This document shows positions 1 through 6,359 of a stretch of DNA of 13,064 nucleotides, piece by piece. The stretch's first letter is position 1, and each line of letters begins with the position of its first letter. Under the pieces are notes generated by a model that searched no databases, was not told where the DNA came from, and saw only the letters and a program-made list of their open reading frames with translations. This stretch comes from a virus, in UHGV virus genome UHGV-0254580. The stretch is one strand, 5' to 3'. A program made the translations under genes and the position numbers.

Positions 1-155
1 ACGCCCGGAACGCCCCGCCGTTCCAGCCATATGCGGCACTCCTGGTTAAATTTCATTTTTCGCGGGTATAAAAAAACGATGGGGCGGGCAGTCCGGAAGA
101 CGTCAGGTCACAGGGATTTGACCCGCCCCTCCCCTCTGGCAGTGGGAACTGGTTC

Positions 156-506
156 TTACTTAATCCGTTCACGGGCCGTCTTCGCCTTATGACACGGCCA
201 GCACAGACACTGTAGGTTACTGTCTGCATCGGTGCCGCCATGCGCTTTAGGGATGATGTGGTCAACGGTTTTCGCCTCGCGCACCACACCGGCACGCAGG
301 CACAACTGGCACAGGCCTTTGTCACGCTTCAGCACACGCGCGCGGATAACGTCCCACTTCGAACCATAACCGCGCTGATGACGGGACTGGCCAGACTTGT
401 ATTGCTTCCAGCCTTCGCTTTTGTGGCTTTCGCAGTAGCCTGATGGGTCAGTCGTGGTATGGCGGCAGCCGCGAACGCGGCAGGCTTTTGGGGTTCGTGG
501 AGGCAT
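156..506 (-). CDS. HNH endonuclease (phage packaging-associated type)
   Basis: 116-aa ORF with HNH core DHIIPKAHGG...N...CLCWPCHKAK and an N-terminal Cys pair (CRVRGC...CESH); sits at the packaging-proximal end with the same polarity as late genes. Confidence 0.8.
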   Translation of the reverse strand: MPPRTPKACRVRGCRHTTTDPSGYCESHKSEGWKQYKSGQSRHQRGYGSKWDVIRARVLKRDKGLCQLCLRAGVVREAKTVDHIIPKAHGGTDADSNLQCLCWPCHKAKTARERIK

Positions 507-633
507 CTATTATCCCTGTAGTTTTCGTTAAATATCTAACCATAACTGCAATCAGAAACCGCTTTAACACGGTTTGCTAAATAGACTTTTCAATCCAATG
601 AATAAACGGCAAGTAAATACCAATCGTTCATTT

Positions 634-1068
634 TCATTTGAATACAAACTGTTCTGAAAGAATATTATGACAAATACATTTCGCCTGAATACTATTATCT
701 CTCATTCTAATATATTCTTTGTGGGCAACAGATAAAGAACGACAACCGCTGTTTACACGTGGGTATTTTTCCAACATATGTTCGCATATCAAAAAAGCAT
801 TATTAATAGCATTTAATTTATGGCTTAACTCTCGTAGCTCGGCCCTTTTTTCAATACGAACATTACGACTAAGAGATAAAGGTAGCTGTGATAATGCATT
901 TGAATAATCAGCCACTGCCATTTTCAGAGCCATTTTGGCCTTCAGAGCCTCCTGTCGCCGCCAAACATTCATTGCCCAAAAACCTAATGTAACAGTTACA
1001 ATTGAACCTAAAGCCGATACAGCTGACCACACAGTTCCCCAAGGCCAGTTAAGTAATGTATGCCACAT
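634..1068 (-). CDS. Hypothetical membrane-anchored protein (moron, AT-rich island); start probably the second ATG preceded by GGAGG
   Basis: ORF-track ORF 634..1080 begins at a GTG; the MMWHTLL ATG pair lies just downstream of a GGAGG. Hydrophobic N-terminal segment (WGTVWSAVSALGSIVTVTLGFWAMNVW) followed by a charged helical region and a Cys-containing C-terminus. Local base composition is markedly more AT-rich than flanking phage DNA. Confidence 0.6.
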   Translation of the reverse strand: MWHTLLNWPWGTVWSAVSALGSIVTVTLGFWAMNVWRRQEALKAKMALKMAVADYSNALSQLPLSLSRNVRIEKRAELRELSHKLNAINNAFLICEHMLEKYPRVNSGCRSLSVAHKEYIRMRDNSIQAKCICHNILSEQFVFK

Positions 1069-1436
1069 CATAACCTCCACTGAATGAAAAGGTTAGTTTA
1101 TCGTAAGTGAACATCACTGGCACTATCTAAAGATTAGCTGCTCTACTAGTTGTACTCTCGATAATCTAAACAAAATGATACGTAATAAACCTGTTCATGA
1201 CTAGCTCTACTAGACACATGTTTAATCATCTACAAACGATTTGTACAAACTTCCACTTTCATATTGGTCCAAAAGGTTGGACTAATAGTTAATCACGATG
1301 CATATTTTATGTAAGCTGCTACATTACACTATAAAAACGCTGGCGTCTGAATTTAAGCCCATAAGTTTTATAAAATTATCATAATACACAGCTTTATTAG
1401 GCGCATTCGCACTGATAATGAAAAATATAACTCGAG

Positions 1437-1709
1437 CTATTTGTCTTTCGAATGCAAAATAGCGCGCCGTGATTCAATCTTTCTGATTCCAGTTTTATCA
1501 AAATTACATTGTCCCAAGGCTGACAATAGAGCAACATTCAACTCCAGACTGGTACCATACGTCAGCGGATTGGGTATAAACGGTACAGGAGTATCAGAAG
1601 TCAGGCTGGCTGGCAGTGGTGCCACCGGAGCGCTCACGTAAACCGTTCGCGTACTTCCGCAACCGGTCAGCAGCGGCAGCAGGCACAGGACGTGAAGCAC
1701 AATCATCAT
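1437..1709 (-). CDS. Rz1: Rz1-like outer-membrane spanin lipoprotein (o-spanin), overlapping Rz in a different frame
   Basis: Within ORF 1437..1937, an internal Met start followed by a signal peptide with lipobox LLTGC, a Pro-rich mature region (VSAPVAPLPASLTSDTPVPFIPNP) and a C-terminal Cys; it overlaps the 3' part of the Rz-like ORF and extends past it. Confidence 0.5.
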   Translation of the reverse strand: MMIVLHVLCLLPLLTGCGSTRTVYVSAPVAPLPASLTSDTPVPFIPNPLTYGTSLELNVALLSALGQCNFDKTGIRKIESRRAILHSKDK

Positions 1710-1986
1710 CCGCAACAGCCACTTTGATATCAGCCTGGGTTCTCTGTGACTCCAGTGCGATCTGCTGTTTTGCATGCTGGTTAGCCTCCAGAACTGTATT
1801 GACGAGTTGCAGTGATTGCAGGACGTTACGGGTAATGGCTGTTGCAGATTCAGCATTTTGTACAGCCTCATCAGCACGTTTCTTTTCGTGCTGATATTTG
1901 CTGTAGTAGTGGTTGGCAGACCAGATGAAAGAACCAATGACAGTAAAGAAGAATGCAGCGATAACCAGCTTATAGCTCAACTTCAT
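1594..1986 (-). CDS. Rz: Rz-like inner-membrane spanin (i-spanin)
   Basis: 130-aa ORF immediately after the endolysin with an N-terminal TM helix (LVIAAFFFTVIGSFIWSANHY) and a long helical periplasmic domain; position and architecture of phage Rz. The C-terminus is unusual, so a frameshift or alternative end is possible. Confidence 0.65.
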   Translation of the reverse strand: MKLSYKLVIAAFFFTVIGSFIWSANHYYSKYQHEKKRADEAVQNAESATAITRNVLQSLQLVNTVLEANQHAKQQIALESQRTQADIKVAVADDDCASRPVPAAAADRLRKYANGLRERSGGTTASQPDF

Positions 1987-2446
1987 TTACCACCCCACCA
2001 GCCTCTTTAAACCGGGAAATCAGGTCACTGATTTTATGTTCATACTGACCGTAACCTGCACCAGGTAACGACGCCCAGATATTGCTGCAACGATCGATAG
2101 CCTGACGGATATCACCGCGATCAATCATCGGTAAAGCGCCACGCTCTTTAATCTGTTGCAGTGCCACAGCGTCCTGGCTTTTCGGAGAGAAGTCTTTCAG
2201 GCCAAGCTGCTTACGATAGGCATCCCACCAACGGGAAAGAAGCTGGTAGCGTCCGGCGGCTGTTGATTTGAGTTTGGGGTTTAGCGTGACAAGTTTGCGA
2301 GGGTGATCGGAGTAATCAGTGAATAGCTCTCCGCCTACAATGACGTCATAACCATGATTTCTGGTTTTCTGCCGTCCGTTATCAGTTCCCTCTGACCACG
2401 CCAGCATATCAAGGAACGCCTTACGTTGATTATTGATTTCCACCAT
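1970..2446 (-). CDS. R: Endolysin R (lambda-type lytic transglycosylase)
   Basis: 158-aa protein [53 protein letters not shown]... matches recalled lambda R along most of its length; the last ~25 residues diverge. Confidence 0.9.
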   Translation of the reverse strand: MVEINNQRKAFLDMLAWSEGTDNGRQKTRNHGYDVIVGGELFTDYSDHPRKLVTLNPKLKSTAAGRYQLLSRWWDAYRKQLGLKDFSPKSQDAVALQQIKERGALPMIDRGDIRQAIDRCSNIWASLPGAGYGQYEHKISDLISRFKEAGGVVNEVEL

Positions 2447-2753
2447 CTTCTACTCCGGCTTTTTTAGCAGCGAAGCGTTTGATAAGCGAACCAATCGAGT
2501 CAGTACCGATGTAGCCGATGAACACGCTCGTTATATAAGCGAGATTGCTACTTAGTCCGGCGAAGTCGAGAAGGTCACGAATGAACCAGGCGATAATGGC
2601 GCACATCGTTGCGTCGATTACTGTTTTTGTAAACGCACCGCCATTATATCTGCCGCGAAGGTACGCCATTGCAAACGCAAGGATTGCCCCGATGCCTTGT
2701 TCCTTTGCCGCGAGAATGGCGGCTAACAGGTCATGTTTTTCTGGCATCTTCAT
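2430..2753 (-). CDS. S: Holin S (lambda S107/S105-type, class I holin)
   Basis: 107-aa protein [39 protein letters not shown]... with Met1-Lys2-Met3 dual start and three hydrophobic segments; overlaps the R start as in lambda. Confidence 0.9.
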   Translation of the reverse strand: MKMPEKHDLLAAILAAKEQGIGAILAFAMAYLRGRYNGGAFTKTVIDATMCAIIAWFIRDLLDFAGLSSNLAYITSVFIGYIGTDSIGSLIKRFAAKKAGVEDGGNQ

Positions 2754-2871
2754 GTCTTACCCCCAATAAGGGGATTTGCTCTATTTAATTAGGAATAAGG
2801 TCGATTACTGATAGAACAAATCCAGGCTACTGTGTTTAGTAATCAGATTTGTTCGTGACCGATATGCACGG

Positions 2872-2908
2872 GCAAAACGGCAGGAGGTTGTTAGCGCGAC
2901 CTCCTGTC
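2872..2908 (-). terminator. Candidate intrinsic terminator / stable hairpin in the late leader upstream of S
   Basis: Perfect 8-bp stem CAGGAGGT/ACCTCCTG (extendable to about 10 bp) with a 10-nt loop; on the minus strand it is followed by CCGTTTTGCCC. Lies between the tRNAs and the S start. Confidence 0.4.
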
Positions 2909-2994
2909 ACCCGCTTTCACGAGGTCATGTGTAGAAGGCCGCAGCGTAACTATCACTGATGAATTCAGGATAGCCAGTGGCTACGGCTCAGTTA

Positions 2995-3070
2995 TGGTGC
3001 TGGTTAACGGACTTGAACCGCTACCCATTCGCTTACAAGGCGACTGCTCTACCATTGGAGCTAAACCAGC
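2995..3070 (-). tRNA. tRNA-Thr (anticodon UGU), phage-encoded, with encoded CCA
   Basis: Manual cloverleaf on the minus strand: acceptor GCTGGTT/AACCAGC (7 bp), D-arm GCTC-CAATGGTA-GAGC, anticodon stem GTCGC/GCGAA with loop CTTGTAA (U33, anticodon TGT, A37), T-arm AGCGG-TTCAAGT-CCGTT, discriminator A, CCA. 76 nt. Confidence 0.6.
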
Positions 3071-3075
3071 ATGTT

Positions 3076-3150
3076 TGGCGGGACAGCGTGGACTCGAACC
3101 ACGATAAGAAGGTTAACAGCCTTCCGTAATGACCTTTATACGACTGACCC
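3076..3150 (-). tRNA. tRNA-Asn (anticodon GUU), phage-encoded, with encoded CCA
   Basis: Manual cloverleaf on the minus strand: acceptor GGGTCAG/CTGTCCC (one U-U mismatch), anticodon stem GAAGG/CCTTC (perfect) with loop CTGTTAA (anticodon GTT), T-arm CGTGG-TTCGAGT-CCACG (perfect), discriminator G, CCA. D-stem is only 3 bp. 75 nt. Confidence 0.5.
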
Positions 3151-3213
3151 AAATAAAAAAAGCCACCGTTGCAACTTAAGAGTCACTAACGGCAGCTTAC
3201 CTTCTAATTATGG

Positions 3214-3732
3214 CTAAATGGCTAATTGCATGTCAAGGCTTTTAACAGCAACATGCTTAACTTTCTCAACACGTTTACGCATTTTGAAAGCATTTTGCAT
3301 TGGTTGGTACAAAACAAATAACGACGCTTTCAGGATGTCGTCAATTTCGTTTCTACAGGTTGCCAGTGAAGGTTTTCTCCATCCCTCGCCACCACGTCCA
3401 CACATCTTGCGTGGCTTTGCAGTCGCGTGATAGTAGGATGCAATTGCTCGCTTAGATGAACCATGAGCGTAGTAGCTGAGGAGGATGCCAAAGGCTTTTT
3501 TGTCAATGCACATGACGGAATCGACGACCTGAGAAATCAACATTCCATCATCATCATTACACATTGGCCTTGTCATAATTCTTCCCGGCTCTACGCTCTC
3601 CATGAACTTAGCTATTACGCTGCTCATGCGCTTTTCCAGACGACCTGAATAAACCCATGCACCCCACAGTTCAAGCCAGCCATTCAGCCACTCGTGCTGT
3701 TCTTTGGTGAGGTTTAGTTCTCTTATGCTCAT
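3214..3732 (-). CDS. Putative late-gene antiterminator (Q-position protein; not lambda Q)
   Basis: 172-aa ORF directly after ninH (start overlaps the ninH stop) and upstream of the late leader, tRNAs and S, i.e. the Q position. Sequence does not resemble recalled lambda Q; the assignment is positional. Confidence 0.45.
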   Translation of the reverse strand: MSIRELNLTKEQHEWLNGWLELWGAWVYSGRLEKRMSSVIAKFMESVEPGRIMTRPMCNDDDGMLISQVVDSVMCIDKKAFGILLSYYAHGSSKRAIASYYHATAKPRKMCGRGGEGWRKPSLATCRNEIDDILKASLFVLYQPMQNAFKMRKRVEKVKHVAVKSLDMQLAI

Positions 3733-3917
3733 CGTCTTCCCCTTTTGCCCTGTTTGACCATCAGGACGCCGTTAACTATTACGTGACGTTCGCCTTTGCT
3801 GTCTCGGTTGTACTTGAGCACTGTTCCTCTTGCGCAGGAAAGCATCCTCGCCACTTCGGTCTGATTGCCTCGTGTCTGGATAAGAAGCTCTGGTATCGTT
3901 TGAATTGTGGCGTTCAT
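3729..3917 (-). CDS. ninH: NinH-like small DNA-binding protein
   Basis: 62-aa protein with the segment GNQTEVARMLSCARGTVLKY, resembling recalled lambda NinH (GNQTEVARRLKCSRGTVRKY); start overlaps the rusA stop. Confidence 0.7.
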   Translation of the reverse strand: MNATIQTIPELLIQTRGNQTEVARMLSCARGTVLKYNRDSKGERHVIVNGVLMVKQGKRGRR

Positions 3918-4276
3918 GCGTTCTCCAGTTCGGTGATTTTTATTCCAAGCCGTCCGCCTGGTACTTTCACACCACGAATTACGCGAATATCATCGAATTG
4001 CTCGTCGTCTTCCGCAAATCCGGCGTGGATAAGGGAGTCGAGTAAACCCTTCAGGATGTTATCGAGGTCGCGGCGGCGGGAGTCTGGAACGTCTGCGATG
4101 ACTTTGATGCGGAGTCGTGATTTGGTGAAAATGTCTAACTTAAGTTGGCGGATGATTTGCTGAACGTCTTTTCGGTATTTCTGGCCTTTATCGCTGATGT
4201 AATATTGGCTTCCCCGTCTTCGCCAGTAGGTATTCACCGACGGCGGGTAAGGAAGCACAAACTGATATTCGTTCAT
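3914..4276 (-). CDS. rusA: RusA-family Holliday junction resolvase
   Basis: 120-aa protein MNEYQFVLPYPPSVNTYWRRR...DVPDSRRRDLDNILKGLLDSL...GGRLGIKITE matches the RusA length and the conserved RRRDLDN motif (DLP12 RusA-like). Confidence 0.85.
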   Translation of the reverse strand: MNEYQFVLPYPPSVNTYWRRRGSQYYISDKGQKYRKDVQQIIRQLKLDIFTKSRLRIKVIADVPDSRRRDLDNILKGLLDSLIHAGFAEDDEQFDDIRVIRGVKVPGGRLGIKITELENA

Positions 4277-4563
4277 GGCTTAATCTTCCCCTCCTTCAGC
4301 AGTATCGTCTGCGTCCTGATCACACCTTCGAGGTGGTAAAGTCTGGCGTCTTTGTTGTCGAGATTATGGGTGCGTCGGTCGATTTCATCGTGACACGCGC
4401 TACAAGCCCATGCGCCGATCAGGTCGTCAGGCTTCATTCCAGTTCCGCAAATTCCAGCCATCCGGTAATGTGCCAGAACTGTAGTTTCAGGGTTGCCATT
4501 GCATACGCCGTAAATACGTACCTGGCATTCTCTTCCGCGCGCTTCTTTGCGTAGGTTAGCCAT
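4273..4563 (-). CDS. ybcO: YbcO-like protein (DUF1364-type, putative nuclease of the nin region)
   Basis: 96-aa protein MANLRKEARGRECQVRIYGVCNGNPETTVLAHYRMAGICGTG...ACSACHDEIDRRTH; Cys/His pattern and position immediately upstream of rusA as in DLP12. Confidence 0.6.
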   Translation of the reverse strand: MANLRKEARGRECQVRIYGVCNGNPETTVLAHYRMAGICGTGMKPDDLIGAWACSACHDEIDRRTHNLDNKDARLYHLEGVIRTQTILLKEGKIKP

Positions 4564-4832
4564 TATGGTTCACTCCAGTAATTCTCAATTGCAGCAGCCA
4601 TTCTCTGCATCCACTCTGCCAGCTTTAACGCGGCTTCTCTTTCAGAACCACATTTAGGGAAATCCTTCATTTCCATGCTGGCCTTATATGTTCTGAATGC
4701 CAGGTCTCCGGTAATAACCAGCTCCTGATCAAGCACAGAGCGTTTATTCCGGTGCTGAACGTAATAGACAGATTCAGTCCGCATTTCTTCTCTGTCTTTT
4801 TTGAAGGAAATAAGCTCAGAGAAATCACTCAT
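4563..4832 (-). CDS. Hypothetical nin-region protein (89 aa)
   Basis: ORF translationally coupled to neighbours on both sides (start overlaps the upstream zinc-ribbon ORF stop, stop overlaps the ybcO start); no motif I can assign. Confidence 0.5.
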   Translation of the reverse strand: MSDFSELISFKKDREEMRTESVYYVQHRNKRSVLDQELVITGDLAFRTYKASMEMKDFPKCGSEREAALKLAEWMQRMAAAIENYWSEP

Positions 4833-4995
4833 CGTCTTCTTCCTCGTACATTGAGCTATTCGGATCGCTCATCAGTTCTGCGCAGCAATCGGAGCACACG
4901 TGAACTTCCAGCACATGCAGCTTCTGACCGCAGTTAGCGCACGTTAAAGCTCGCTCGACGCTTTCTTGTTCGTAACTTCGATTTTGGTCAATCAC
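4825..4995 (-). CDS. Small zinc-ribbon protein (56 aa; NinD/NinF-like), GTG start overlapping the ninE stop
   Basis: Not in the ORF track (below size cutoff). Hand translation gives [56 protein letters not shown] with CxxC...CxxCC; it fills the gap between ninE and the 89-aa ORF with GTGA and ATGAGTGA overlaps. Confidence 0.45.
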   Translation of the reverse strand: MIDQNRSYEQESVERALTCANCGQKLHVLEVHVCSDCCAELMSDPNSSMYEEEDDE

Positions 4996-5174
4996 CTTGT
5001 TTTCCTCGCACGTTCTCTAAGCCACCGGATATCCCACAGGTGAGCCGTGTAGTTGAAGGTTTTTACATCAGATTCTTTTGGGATTGGCTTGCGTTTATTT
5101 CTGGAGCGTTTCGTTGGAAGGTATTTGCAGTTTTCGCAGATTATGTCGGTGAAACTTCGTCGCTGTCGTCTCAT
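4992..5174 (-). CDS. ninE: NinE-like protein (60 aa from internal ATG of track ORF 4992..5219)
   Basis: [60 protein letters not shown]; the ATG overlaps the ninB stop (ATGA), so the 15 upstream residues of the track ORF are probably not translated. Confidence 0.6.
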   Translation of the reverse strand: MRRQRRSFTDIICENCKYLPTKRSRNKRKPIPKESDVKTFNYTAHLWDIRWLRERARKTR

Positions 5175-5581
5175 TCGTACCTCCTGTCGGTAAACCTGAC
5201 ACCCTGACCAATAGCCCATGCTGTCGTGTACTCAATCAGACTTGCCATACGCTTCACACTCATCTGCGCGCTGCTTTCGCGGATGTTGACGTATTCGCCT
5301 TCAAGCCCGGGCAAAACATCAGCTTCCTGCTTTGTTGCCACTGCATGACCGCTTATCAACAAAACCTTCCATTGCTCTGGTTTTAACCATTTGCCGCACC
5401 ATTGAACTTGACGAGCGATATCCGCCAGCATCGCGTGAAATTTTGCGTTCTGGTCAAGATTTCGCTTGTAGTCAGTAATGCGGATGGTGACTGGCTTGTC
5501 TTTATCGAGAGGAGTTGCGAGGATGGCGTTGATTGCAGCTTGCTGTTGTTGCTTAGTTCGGAGGAATATTGTTTGCTTCAC
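5171..5581 (-). CDS. ninB: NinB-family protein (recombination mediator family)
   Basis: 136-aa protein with ...[38 protein letters not shown]..., similar to recalled lambda NinB (...RNRSLDQNRKLWACLGDVSRQVEWHGRWLDAESWK...). Confidence 0.8.
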   Translation of the reverse strand: MKQTIFLRTKQQQQAAINAILATPLDKDKPVTIRITDYKRNLDQNAKFHAMLADIARQVQWCGKWLKPEQWKVLLISGHAVATKQEADVLPGLEGEYVNIRESSAQMSVKRMASLIEYTTAWAIGQGVRFTDRRYE

Positions 5582-5592
5582 TGAACACTCCT

Positions 5593-5784
5593 TTATTTTT
5601 TATGCCTGTGCCCCCATTCTTCCAGCAACCTTGCGGCGTACCACCCAAGAAACAAAGGAAAGAACATTACAATGAGATATTCCCCGCCACGGTCAATGTT
5701 CGAAATTGACCAGATTACGATGTAACCAGTACAGGACAGGAATATTACAAACCCCAAAAAGCTACTTCGTCGACTCATGCTCAC
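5593..5784 (-). CDS. Small membrane protein (63 aa, two predicted TM helices)
   Basis: FLGFVIFLSCTGYIVIWSI and LIVMFFPLFLGWYAARLL hydrophobic segments with a basic C-terminus; 4 bp downstream of the 71-aa ORF and 11 bp upstream of ninB. Confidence 0.5.
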   Translation of the reverse strand: MSMSRRSSFLGFVIFLSCTGYIVIWSISNIDRGGEYLIVMFFPLFLGWYAARLLEEWGHRHKK

Positions 5785-5788
5785 TCCT

Positions 5789-6004
5789 TCACTTTAAATC
5801 CAGACTCCGGATTATTCTGTTGCGCTGAAACTCATTGTTGAGTTTGAACAACCGTCGAAGAACACGGTCACGCGGATAGCGTCGTGCAGCAGGTGAATGC
5901 TCATACAACTCATCAAGCGGCAAACTGGACGATGAACGATACCGATACCAACGCACCAACTCTTCACGAAAATTAGCGCTGACAAGCTCAGCTATCGTAC
6001 TCAT
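5789..6004 (-). CDS. Hypothetical small basic protein (71 aa)
   Basis: First ORF after the tR2-like terminator, with GGAGG about 9 nt upstream of the ATG; Arg-rich, no recognisable motif. Confidence 0.5.
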   Translation of the reverse strand: MSTIAELVSANFREELVRWYRYRSSSSLPLDELYEHSPAARRYPRDRVLRRLFKLNNEFQRNRIIRSLDLK

Positions 6005-6031
6005 TTCTTAAAGCCTCCAATTACCATCCCC

Positions 6032-6064
6032 CAAATAAAAAGGCCTGCGATTACCAGCAGGCCT
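6032..6064 (-). terminator. Intrinsic terminator, lambda tR2-like
   Basis: Minus strand reads AGGCCTGCTGGTAATCGCAGGCCT followed by TTTTTATTTGGGGG: 8-bp GC-rich stem, 8-nt loop, U-tract. Same sequence type as the terminator preceding ninB in lambda (recalled). Confidence 0.65.
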
Positions 6065-6089
6065 GTTATTAGCTCAGTGATGTAGATGG

Positions 6090-6359
6090 TCATTGCTTCA
6101 TCTCCCTTTCCATTTCATCAATGTCAACGTCATCAGGAAGATGGGAGCAATACGCCGCTATACCATGATGATTTATCTCATACCCTTTGAACGTTACCAT
6201 CTGGCGCGTAATCTCAACTTCGTTCAGGAATCCGTCATCGCATAACTGCCTGGCTATTTTCGATTTGGTCTGGATTATTGGTAGTGCCTGTTCTTTCAAA
6301 GCGTATGATATTTGTGCATCCCATGCTTTTTCGAGAATGGCTAATTGTTTTTTATTCAT
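6090..6359 (-). CDS. Hypothetical protein (89 aa) in the ren-equivalent position
   Basis: ORF immediately downstream of the primase-helicase and upstream of the tR2-like terminator; acidic C-terminus; no motif I can assign. Confidence 0.5.
   Translation of the reverse strand: MNKKQLAILEKAWDAQISYALKEQALPIIQTKSKIARQLCDDGFLNEVEITRQMVTFKGYEINHHGIAAYCSHLPDDVDIDEMEREMKQ

Noticed and set aside
53-443. ORFs 53..325 (-) and 240..443 (+) overlapping the HNH endonuclease gene
   Set aside because: Alternative-frame and antisense ORFs inside a gene with clear HNH motifs; no RBS evidence.
556-577. Hairpin AAACCG-CTTTAACA-CGGTTT between the HNH and moron genes
   Set aside because: Not followed by a T-tract on either strand, so not a convincing intrinsic terminator.
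719-907. 62-aa plus-strand ORF inside the moron gene
   Set aside because: Antisense to the better-supported membrane-protein ORF; likely spurious in AT-rich sequence.
1441-2010. Plus-strand ORFs 1441..1641, 1616..1894 and 1816..2010
   Set aside because: Antisense to the Rz/Rz1/R lysis genes, which have phage-typical features.
2545-4554. Plus-strand ORFs 2545..2769, 3218..3430, 3463..3648, 3783..4163, 4145..4339 and 4333..4554
   Set aside because: All are antisense to recognisable minus-strand genes (S, Q-position gene, ninH, rusA, ybcO-like) and lack start context.
5175-5219. 15-codon N-terminal extension of the ninE-like ORF
   Set aside because: It lies inside the ninB coding region; the internal ATG overlapping the ninB stop is the more parsimonious start.
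4752-5675. Plus-strand ORFs 4752..4937, 5402..5584 and 5478..5675
   Set aside because: Antisense to the nin-region genes on the minus strand, which are packed with stop/start overlaps.
6001-6093. 30-aa hydrophobic minus-strand ORF (MTIYITELITGLLVIAGLFIWGMVIGGFKK) with ATGA overlaps at both ends
   Set aside because: It is read straight through the tR2-like terminator hairpin and U-tract; the hydrophobic translation is the expected artefact of a GC stem plus T-run. Kept as terminator only.
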